Part shown: positions 17,176-24,507 of the stretch, one piece after another | Layout of the letters: each line of letters opens with the position of its first letter | Position numbering within the stretch: the first letter of the stretch is position 1 | From: a virus | Lineage: Duplodnaviria; Caudoviricetes | DNA: 24,733 nt | Reading direction: 5' to 3' (one strand) | IMG/VR virus record: IMGVR_UViG_3300025096_000124 | Location: 1 to 24,733 of that record | Program-made: the position numbers and the translations under genes | Notes under the pieces: model-generated | The model's input: only the letters and a program-made list of their open reading frames with translations | What the model was told of the DNA's origin: nothing | Database searches by the model: none

Positions 17176-19998
17176 TTAGAAATTTAGGGATAACCCTAGA
17201 TTAAAGTATCTTGGTGTACCAAGAAATACTTCAGCATTATGAGCTGCGTGAGTTTTATCTCCATAGCTATTGTACTGACTATGATCTACTGCATCTTGAA
17301 CAAATATTGCATCAGTTGCATTAAACACGTGACCAAATAAAGTTACATCATATCCACTAATTGGTAGTTTATATGAAGCATGTAAATCCACTTTGGAATA
17401 TCCAGGTGCTTTCCATACTTGTTCTCTATCTGCATCTGCGTCTGAACCATCATACTCTCTTGCGCCAGGACTCCAATCAGAATAATTATCATCATACTGA
17501 TTGTATATTGCCTGTAACTGTAATCCCTTTATGGGAGTAAGTGTTCCAACAAGTGCGTAAGATGTCTGAGGCATATCACCTACATTCAAACCATCCAATG
17601 CATAAGAATAAGGTGTAGTTGTCTGTCCGATGACTTGACCTTCATCATTGAACTCATCTTCTTGATAATTACCATCAGCATCACCGTCAAACTGCCATTT
17701 ACCAAGACTTACTATAGCATCCAACCTAAGCATATCTAGGATTTGTGTGGAAGCTTCAACTTCAACGCCTTTATGGTTCTGATTAATTCCACTTAGGAAT
17801 ATAACATCAGTATCACCACTTGAGCCTTGTCCACTTGTTACAGACTTGGTAAGATTTCTGTCTTTCCAATCTGTATTGTAAGCAGATACTTTAACTGCGT
17901 AGTTACCAGCAGAATAGTTTACACCAGCTTCTGAACTAATGAATCTTTCATTAGCAGGATCTGAAGCAACAGTTCCATCAAAGTAAATCACATTATCCAT
18001 AATGGGTGGTTTTTCAACTATACCAAAATTACCGAAAACACTAACGTCATCAGTAACATCATACATTGCTCCACCTTTCCATTGTATAGTAGAGATAGGA
18101 TCAGCTGTGATCTTTTCATCTGCTACTGTAAAATGGTCTTGGTATGAATATGCAATTTGAGTTAATCCTAACATACCATAAGCGTTTAATGGTCCTGAAT
18201 TATATGCTCCTTGAACATATCCACCTAACCAATCAACTGTAGTTGAGTTATGATAAGCGATTATATCACCTAACTCAACTCTTTTACCATCTGGTGCGTT
18301 ATCATCAGCATAATCCATATAATAATCACCACCAAGTAAATCACGAACTTCACGTGCGTGTTCAATACCAGCAGTTCTCCAATCAATACCAACTTGTAAT
18401 TGAAGTTCATCACTTAAATCATAATTAAGTTTAGAAATCAAACCAAGTGTATTTTGACGATTAATACTATTCCTCAAAATACCTACTGATTGATTATTAT
18501 CAACACCATGTGTACGTGTGATTACTCTTTTGTCTACATAGACAGTATCAGAATCACCGCTATTCATAGCTACTAGTGCATTCCAATCGCGGGTCCACGG
18601 ACTACGACCATAATAGAACTTATAGTTCTCTCCACCTAATGTACCATCAGCGTCTAAGGTAGGAATCCTACCATAAGTACCTGTACCACCACCAGAACCA
18701 CCACTCCAATACAATACTGAACTCAGTCTTGTTTTGTCATTGATAGTCATAAAATGATTCAAGTTAACCAATGGTTTGTGAAAAAAGTTTTCACGTTCAT
18801 TAAGGAAGTTAGGATCGTGTCTGTCTACCGTTTTTGCACCATACATATAATAGTATTGTTTACCAGTATATGATGGATCAATTGGTGACCAGTTCTGATT
18901 AAAAAACCTACCAACATCTTTGAACTTACCATCTTCACCAAGTGCTTCAGTATCATATCCATCTACACTTGCAGCAAATTCGGCATCGTATGCACCAAGA
19001 TTCTGTTTGTATAGATTATGTCCATGACGTTGTGGTGCACCTATTGCATATAATTCGAATCTGTTATCTTTATTTGCCTGATAACTAGCTCCAAAATAAT
19101 ATGCCCAAGCGTCCGTCCAAGTCTTGTCTATGACACCATCACCTGTTTTTCGTACTATTGTACCACTTAATGCAAGTTTATCATCCATCATCAAACCACT
19201 ATTATAATTTATAGTAGACTTCATGAATCCTCCTGCACCAGCTTCTTGTTTGAACTTACCACCCTTTTCATGGGAAGTAGGATCAGTTATAATATTCATA
19301 GTTCCACCAATGGAAGGGGCAGCTAAATTTACAGCACTAAGACCACGTTGCATCTGGATAGATTGAGCAGCATCTGCCACACCATCCCAGTTAGACCAAT
19401 AGACCCAACCGTTTTCCATATCATTTTGTGGAACTCCGTTAATCATTACTGCTACATTCCGTTGATTAAAACCTCGAACATTGATACGGGCATCCCCCGC
19501 ACCACCACCTTGTTGTGTTGCATATACACTTGGTGTAGTATTAAGTGACATTGGTACATCTTGTGAACCAAGACGAAATTCCAATACTTCTTTTCCTACC
19601 GTTGTATAAGCAACAGGTGTCTTTGCATCTGCGCGGGAAGCCAAAACTTCCAACGCTGACATCTCGACTGCTGAAACTGCTAGGCTAAAGTCGAGTGTTA
19701 CATCACCACTAACATCAACAGATTTAGTGGATGATTCGTAACCAATAACTTGAGCCGTAATTGTATAAGAACCGTCACCAACCTCAATGGAATAAGTACC
19801 ATCTTCTAAAGAAGCTGTACCTAAATCTGTTCCTACTACTATTACATTAGCTCCAGCTAATGGATCCCCTGACTCATCAGAAACAACTCCACCAATGCTT
19901 GTGCTTACCTTTTCTTCAATTACTGCTTCTTGTCCGAAAAGGAACATAGGCATCAGAATCGTCATTACCGATGAGATTAGATTACGTTTGTTTTTCAT
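17176..19998 (-). CDS. TonB-dependent outer-membrane receptor with N-terminal carboxypeptidase-regulatory-like domain
   Basis: Signal peptide; 'G.V.D.SGDPLAGANV.V.GT..GT....DG.Y'; plug 'INVRGF...VMINGVPQND'; beta-barrel ending in terminal Phe (YFNLGLSLNF); GAGGAG SD. Confidence 0.93.
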   Translation of the reverse strand: MKNKRNLISSVMTILMPMFLFGQEAVIEEKVSTSIGGVVSDESGDPLAGANVIVVGTDLGTASLEDGTYSIEVGDGSYTITAQVIGYESSTKSVDVSGDVTLDFSLAVSAVEMSALEVLASRADAKTPVAYTTVGKEVLEFRLGSQDVPMSLNTTPSVYATQQGGGAGDARINVRGFNQRNVAVMINGVPQNDMENGWVYWSNWDGVADAAQSIQMQRGLSAVNLAAPSIGGTMNIITDPTSHEKGGKFKQEAGAGGFMKSTINYNSGLMMDDKLALSGTIVRKTGDGVIDKTWTDAWAYYFGASYQANKDNRFELYAIGAPQRHGHNLYKQNLGAYDAEFAASVDGYDTEALGEDGKFKDVGRFFNQNWSPIDPSYTGKQYYYMYGAKTVDRHDPNFLNERENFFHKPLVNLNHFMTINDKTRLSSVLYWSGGSGGGTGTYGRIPTLDADGTLGGENYKFYYGRSPWTRDWNALVAMNSGDSDTVYVDKRVITRTHGVDNNQSVGILRNSINRQNTLGLISKLNYDLSDELQLQVGIDWRTAGIEHAREVRDLLGGDYYMDYADDNAPDGKRVELGDIIAYHNSTTVDWLGGYVQGAYNSGPLNAYGMLGLTQIAYSYQDHFTVADEKITADPISTIQWKGGAMYDVTDDVSVFGNFGIVEKPPIMDNVIYFDGTVASDPANERFISSEAGVNYSAGNYAVKVSAYNTDWKDRNLTKSVTSGQGSSGDTDVIFLSGINQNHKGVEVEASTQILDMLRLDAIVSLGKWQFDGDADGNYQEDEFNDEGQVIGQTTTPYSYALDGLNVGDMPQTSYALVGTLTPIKGLQLQAIYNQYDDNYSDWSPGAREYDGSDADADREQVWKAPGYSKVDLHASYKLPISGYDVTLFGHVFNATDAIFVQDAVDHSQYNSYGDKTHAAHNAEVFLGTPRYFNLGLSLNF

Positions 19999-20026
19999 GA
20001 AACGTCTCCTCGTTGTTTATTGTTAA

Positions 20027-20060
20027 GACGCATTTTTTCACAGGTGCGTCAACTGCCTGT
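20027..20060 (-). promoter_or_regulatory. H-type pseudoknot in the receptor 5' leader
   Basis: ACAGG-cagtt-GACGCA-CCTGT-gaaaaaa-TGCGTC: perfect 5-bp and 6-bp crossing stems. Confidence 0.6.
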
Positions 20061-20080
20061 CCGCATTTTTTTCAAATCTC

Positions 20081-20140
20081 ATATAATACAAAAGGGTACC
20101 CTCCAAATTAATGAATGTAGAATACCCTTTTGTTTTATAT
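20081..20140. other. Long inverted repeat, possibly a bidirectional terminator or attenuator
   Basis: ACAAAAGGGTA...TACCCTTTTGT arms around an AT-rich loop; a second hairpin at 20161-20185. Confidence 0.5.
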
Positions 20141-20227
20141 GTTAACATCATTTATAATTCATACAGTAGGCTTTCCCTACCGTATATAAGTATAAACTAA
20201 AAATTTTAAATACATCATTTTTTAACG

Positions 20228-21091
20228 TCAAACTACTTTTCTCCCACCTTTAGATTCTGATTGTACTTCTTCCCGTGATTCTTCTACTTTTGGTTTATCT
20301 GGTATAAAATCCTTGCGGTGCGAAATATATTTACTAAATGAATTATCAATAATATCTTTTCGCTCGCTCTCACCATATACTTCCCATTTCCTATTACCAG
20401 TTATAGCTACATTATAAGCTACTACTAGTGCAACTGCTAATGGGTCAAACACAAAAATAAGAATAAAGATAAAAAACTTAACAACTGTATCTATATCTGT
20501 ATTAAATGTTCTTGCTAAATAAATAGCTGGACCAACATCCACTCCAGTTTCTATCAAGGCAGTTTTTAAATCACCTATCTCTTGTTTAATATCTAATATT
20601 TGGTCATTTACTTCTAATACCTTTGGATTATAATCTGCACGAAGTTGTCTTTTCGCTGTGATATAATTGTCTGGTAGTTCTGATATAGCAAGTTCTAACT
20701 CTTCTTTAAGATAAGTTTTATCTTCTTCTAATTGGTCTAATCTATCTTCTTTATACAATAATGTAGTAGATTGTTTCTCAAACTCTATTGTAGCTCCTTG
20801 ATATGCATTAGATAAAAATCCAAAGATACCTGCTGATGTTATTAATATTAAAGTAATAACACCTACCAACAAATAAGATTTCATGAATTTATTAATATGT
20901 TCCCAGTATCTATATAGATAAGCTGCAGTTACCAACTTAGCTAATTCTAAACTACTTGCCATAAAAATTACAGAGCCCGTAGCTCCTGCAAATAATTTAG
21001 ATAAACCAAATACTGAAAAGAATGCTGCGTTAAACGCCACAAAAAGAGCAGAAAATCCTAGGAGTGGCGTAAAATATTTAGATCTTTCCAA
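20228..21091 (-). CDS. Membrane protein: three N-terminal TM helices, coiled coil, C-terminal TM
   Basis: 'AAFFSVFGL..LFAG', 'LELAKLV', 'TSAGIFGFLS', 'VGPAIYLA', 'IFVFDPLAV'; TTG start with GGGAGA SD. Confidence 0.8.
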   Translation of the reverse strand: MERSKYFTPLLGFSALFVAFNAAFFSVFGLSKLFAGATGSVIFMASSLELAKLVTAAYLYRYWEHINKFMKSYLLVGVITLILITSAGIFGFLSNAYQGATIEFEKQSTTLLYKEDRLDQLEEDKTYLKEELELAISELPDNYITAKRQLRADYNPKVLEVNDQILDIKQEIGDLKTALIETGVDVGPAIYLARTFNTDIDTVVKFFIFILIFVFDPLAVALVVAYNVAITGNRKWEVYGESERKDIIDNSFSKYISHRKDFIPDKPKVEESREEVQSESKGGRKVV

Positions 21092-21142
21092 AAACTTTCT
21101 CCCGTTATATTCTAGTTAATAAATAGAATATATACTGGATAA

Positions 21143-21316
21143 TTACGCATCATCCTCTAATTCAATCATATTCCTTATATTATCAACTTTACTCTCAACT
21201 TGCTCTATTTGATTAGCTACTTCTGCTAAATTGTTAGCATCAATAGCATCTTTACAACGTCCTAAATGTCTTTCGATTATATCCAAATCCATTTCAACTC
21301 TGTCTTTATATCTCAT
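21143..21316 (-). CDS. Small helical protein (57 aa); not in the ORF track
   Basis: MRYKDRVEMDLDIIERHLGRCKDAIDANNLAEVANQIEQVESKVDNIRNMIELEDDA*; GGGAG SD. Confidence 0.75.
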   Translation of the reverse strand: MRYKDRVEMDLDIIERHLGRCKDAIDANNLAEVANQIEQVESKVDNIRNMIELEDDA

Positions 21317-21327
21317 AAATAACTCCC

Positions 21328-21870
21328 TTATTTATATGAACTAATTATTTTATCTTTAATATTTACTTTTGCTTCTTCATTAGCATGAAACCATACCCAA
21401 GCATAAGTAGTTTTCAAATGTTTTATTTTATCATTTATTTTATCAATACTTTTTTGTAAATAATATTCTGATTCATAAACATCATCAAATCCCAATTTTA
21501 CTGCTATCTCAACTAAATCATCATAATTACTTTCTTCAGATGCATCTGATGCTTTTTTATATAAAGCTTCTAACTCATTTTTTGCATCTTCAGAAATATC
21601 CTTATTTACCAACTTATCTGGATGGGTTTTATTTGCTATCCTATGATACAACTTATTTAATTCTTTTTCTTTAGGTTTTTTACTTTTATATTTTTCTTTT
21701 TTATTAACCTTTTGTGCTTTCTCATCACTTAATGGTTGTGTAAAATCTTGATAAAACTTTTCTAAAGATAACTCATATACATATTGGCATTCTTCTAATA
21801 CGGTTCTAAGATATTCAAATTGTGATTTAAGTTTTTTTAATTTATAACTCTGTAGTTTTTCTTCATCCAC
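21328..21870 (-). CDS. J-domain (DnaJ-like) protein
   Basis: 'LNKLYHRIANKTHPDKL' (helix II plus HPD) followed by a helix-III-like segment. Confidence 0.75.
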   Translation of the reverse strand: MDEEKLQSYKLKKLKSQFEYLRTVLEECQYVYELSLEKFYQDFTQPLSDEKAQKVNKKEKYKSKKPKEKELNKLYHRIANKTHPDKLVNKDISEDAKNELEALYKKASDASEESNYDDLVEIAVKLGFDDVYESEYYLQKSIDKINDKIKHLKTTYAWVWFHANEEAKVNIKDKIISSYK

Positions 21871-21872
21871 AT

Positions 21873-22076
21873 TTACGCCTGCGGAACATTATCCTTATTA
21901 TTATATATTAGCATCGCTTCCCATAAATCTTGTCTAGATTTAACTTCACTCCACCATTCCATAAATTGATTATCATCTTGTGGAACTCCTCGTGGATCTA
22001 TAAACCCATTATCAATAAGTCTATCCACGAATTCATGAACTGCTTGTCTTTCTTTTTCTGTAAAGTACGATTTCAT
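21873..22076 (-). CDS. Hypothetical protein
   Basis: 67-aa ORF in a co-oriented array. Confidence 0.65.
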   Translation of the reverse strand: MKSYFTEKERQAVHEFVDRLIDNGFIDPRGVPQDDNQFMEWWSEVKSRQDLWEAMLIYNNKDNVPQA

Positions 22077-22091
22077 ATTAATAAATATCTC

Positions 22092-22295
22092 TCATTTTTC
22101 TTTAATGTCATCAAATTCTGCATTTAATACATTCCTACAAAAGTAGTAAATATCTCCATTCCTAAGCAAAGTATCTGCTCCCCATCTATTCTTCCAAACA
22201 TCAGCGCCTTCTATATCCACTGATTTTACGGACTGATTTCCTAATACTTCATATAAAGTATCATTCACGTTAATAATTTTACCTAATTTACCCAT
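22092..22295 (-). CDS. Hypothetical protein
   Basis: 67-aa ORF in a co-oriented array. Confidence 0.65.
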   Translation of the reverse strand: MGKLGKIINVNDTLYEVLGNQSVKSVDIEGADVWKNRWGADTLLRNGDIYYFCRNVLNAEFDDIKEK

Positions 22296-22303
22296 AATAA
22301 TTT

Positions 22304-22375
22304 ATAAAAAGGGCTCGGTTGATTTTTAAGTTGTTTATAAAGTGAGAACTAAAAATTCGGTAGAGCCCTTTTTAT
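22304..22375. repeat. Structured hairpin motif, copy 2 (may also act as the hsp20 terminator)
   Basis: ATAAAAAGGGCTC-GGTTG-ATTTTTAAGT...ACTAAAAATT-CGGTA-GAGCCCTTTTTAT. Confidence 0.75.
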
Positions 22376-22392
22376 TTATACTGTAACCTCTA

Positions 22393-22866
22393 TTATGAGA
22401 TCTTTACAAAGGTTTTCTTAGGTTTTTCTGGTTCTACCTTTGGAATTGAAACTGAAAGAACTCCATCCTTAAAGTTAGCAGCGATTTTCTCACCATCTAA
22501 CAATTCGCCCAATTCAAATGAGCGTTTAAAAGATGATTGTTTTAACTCTCTACGGATAACCTTAGCACCATCATCTTCGAAAGTACTATGTTTATCACCT
22601 GATATAGTTAATATACCATCTTCAACATCTACGTTGAGTTGTTTCTTATTCAGTCCTGGAATTTCAGCTACGATACCAATTTTGTCATCGTATTCATATA
22701 CGTTTACCTTTGGATATGCTGAACCTTGATATGGTTTGACACCAACTGATTTAACTACATCTGGAAATTGTGATTCCACCATAGCATCAAACATTTTGTC
22801 AAACGGGGTTAAAAAATCATCCCTATCGAAGTAAGGGATATTTGTACGAAAAGCAACTTTAGTCAT
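22393..22866 (-). CDS. Small heat-shock protein (Hsp20/alpha-crystallin family)
   Basis: 'YPKVNVYE', 'AEIPG', 'GILTISG', 'SFKRSF.L', 'A.FKDGVL.V.IPK'; AGGAG SD. Confidence 0.95.
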   Translation of the reverse strand: MTKVAFRTNIPYFDRDDFLTPFDKMFDAMVESQFPDVVKSVGVKPYQGSAYPKVNVYEYDDKIGIVAEIPGLNKKQLNVDVEDGILTISGDKHSTFEDDGAKVIRRELKQSSFKRSFELGELLDGEKIAANFKDGVLSVSIPKVEPEKPKKTFVKIS

Positions 22867-23038
22867 TTTATTTCTCCTATTTTAGTTACTGTTAGTCAAC
22901 TATGAATACCAACTTCTTTTGAACCTTGATATTCGGTTTATGTATCGACCTCATAATGAGCGTCGAATTCTTTTTTTTCAGACAATCAAATCCGTCAAAA
23001 ATATTTCTAGTAATAAATATATACCTCTTAATAAAAAA

Positions 23039-23453
23039 TGAAAATTTTGGGGGTGTGGAACAGCCATTCCACATTGAATCACTCTGATTTATTACTTCAT
23101 ATCTCGTTTCCAAGTAGTTACCTCGGTTCTCCTCAATGCTATTAACATCACTTGAGCGGATACAATTCCTAATCCGATTGCTTTAACCCTCAAAGAAAGG
23201 TTTATTCAGCCAGTTTACAGGGAGATTTCCTTTCGGGTACTCCCAATGAAGCGAAAAAGTAGGCTTCTTTTTCAAGTAGTTTTGACTCAAACTCCCGCCC
23301 AAGATGTCTCTCAGTATTACCAGTATTTAGGTGAATACTCCTCTACCACAAGAGGGTTTGGGATACTTTACAAGCCCTTAACGTAACCTGTTATTCGGTC
23401 AACCCCACAGAAAGGTGTACGACCCGTCTGCTTTACTCATTTTCAAATTTTCA
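23039..23453 (-). ncRNA. Candidate large structured non-coding RNA (~415 nt), family unassigned
   Basis: GC-elevated gap without a credible ORF; complementary ends; about ten hairpins; GNRA tetraloops and a loop-E-like motif on the minus strand. Confidence 0.7.
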
Positions 23454-23526
23454 AAAAACTTTATCAACCTATTTTTATAGGCTGATAATATAAGTATGTT
23501 CTAAAATCTCAAAACACACTTTTTTT

Positions 23527-23706
23527 TTAACTTTTTGCAGTTATTAAATTTTCAACTGGCACATACCAAATTTTACCCATATCATCAGTAACTCGGTAAT
23601 CACCATTTTCTCTTCTTATAACTTTAACTGTATCACCCTCATACAATGTACCAGCATGTGTTGTCAAAGTTTTTTTTAATTTTGCTTTTTTATTATCTTT
23701 TACCAC
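23527..23706 (-). CDS. Small SH3-like beta-barrel protein (59 aa); not in the ORF track
   Basis: GTG start; ...GTLYEGDTVKVIREENGDYRVTDDMGKIWYVPVENL... has an SH3-like strand pattern. Confidence 0.65.
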   Translation of the reverse strand: MVKDNKKAKLKKTLTTHAGTLYEGDTVKVIRRENGDYRVTDDMGKIWYVPVENLITAKS

Positions 23707-23857
23707 CTTGTCCCCTATATTTTTTCTTATAACGATTTCTTGCTTTTTTACCTGCTTTAGTTGATGGTTTAGTTCCCCACTTAGTTCCCCTACCCATGCC
23801 TTGTCGAGTTTTCTTATTCCTTCTTATTCTTGTACCATCTGAAAATATTGATGCCAT
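23693..23857 (-). CDS. Small highly basic protein ending KKYRGQG (54 aa); not in the ORF track
   Basis: MASIFSDGTRIRRNKKTRQGMGRGTKWGTKPSTKAGKKARNRYKKKYRGQGGKR*; TAATG coupling with the upstream gene. Confidence 0.7.
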   Translation of the reverse strand: MASIFSDGTRIRRNKKTRQGMGRGTKWGTKPSTKAGKKARNRYKKKYRGQGGKR

Positions 23858-24108
23858 TAATTCAATCTACCACTTATATTAACATTATCTAATAGATTTC
23901 CATGATCATCAAACGGCCATCTAAACTTGCCTTCATTTTCTTCCATATCTTCCGCTCTCCATAACTTTACCATTGTCTCTTGTACGTCTTTTATTCCTTC
24001 ACTAATCTTATCTAAATTATCCATCATATCTTTCATAACAACTGATATATCTTCCACTTTTTCTTCTACTTCTGATACATTTTTTTCTACCTTATTAAAC
24101 CAACTCAT
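23857..24108 (-). CDS. Hypothetical coiled-coil protein
   Basis: 83 aa, heptad-like; ATGA overlap with the upstream gene. Confidence 0.65.
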   Translation of the reverse strand: MSWFNKVEKNVSEVEEKVEDISVVMKDMMDNLDKISEGIKDVQETMVKLWRAEDMEENEGKFRWPFDDHGNLLDNVNISGRLN

Positions 24109-24314
24109 GATTTCTTTTTCCTTTCAGCTTCTTTATAAGCTTGTTCGATTAACCCAACTAATTGATGTTTCTCTTTTTTAGATTCGCCAGGTCGAGTTTT
24201 AATTAACTCTAATTGTTGTTGGTGCGTCCGTTTATCGTGCACCTTTTGTCTTTTCAATGCTTCCTCTATTCTTTGTTTTACTCTTGCTTTATTTCTCTTA
24301 CCTTTATTCTTCAT
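24105..24314 (-). CDS. Small basic helical protein
   Basis: 69 aa, K/R-rich. Confidence 0.65.
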   Translation of the reverse strand: MKNKGKRNKARVKQRIEEALKRQKVHDKRTHQQQLELIKTRPGESKKEKHQLVGLIEQAYKEAERKKKS

Positions 24315-24335
24315 GAAAACCCTTAAATTTAATTT

Positions 24336-24506
24336 CTATTTCTTTAACATATGTATACAAATTTCTTGTCCACAATCATAATCTTTTTTATGTGATTTAT
24401 GTTTGTGTTCTACTCCACATATTCTTGGACAAATCGGTTCTCCAAAATTGGATGACCCAACAAACTTGACAGCCAAGACAATTAATATAATAACAACAAA
24501 ATTCAC
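24336..24506 (-). CDS. Small membrane-anchored Cys/His-rich protein (56 aa); not in the ORF track
   Basis: GTG start directly after the heme oxygenase stop: MNFVVIILIVLAVKFVGSSNFGEPICPRICGVEHKHKSHKKDYDCGQEICIHMLKK*. Confidence 0.55.
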   Translation of the reverse strand: MNFVVIILIVLAVKFVGSSNFGEPICPRICGVEHKHKSHKKDYDCGQEICIHMLKK

Positions 24507-24507
24507 T

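Noticed and set aside
20001-20220. Cobalamin or TPP riboswitch upstream of the receptor
   Set aside because: No B12 box or TPP CUGAGA core; the isolated GGGAA lies in a simple hairpin.
22892-23113. 73-aa minus-strand ORF upstream of hsp20
   Set aside because: TTG start inside the structured RNA; crosses its 3' end and the hsp20 leader; no protein-like features.
23039-23453. RNase P RNA or self-splicing intron identity for the large RNA
   Set aside because: No GAGGAAAGUC P4 signature, no group I R/S elements, no group II domain V, and no interrupted gene.
23769-23791. Short direct repeat TTAGTTCCCC x2
   Set aside because: Explained by the GTK-W-GTK peptide repeat in the basic microprotein.
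6040-24181. Plus-strand ORFs antisense to minus-strand genes (6040, 9935, 11016, 11420, 12314, 14799, 15338, 15622, 18243, 19348, 21930, 23927)
   Set aside because: Shadow frames of real genes with antisense-typical composition and no recognisable motifs.
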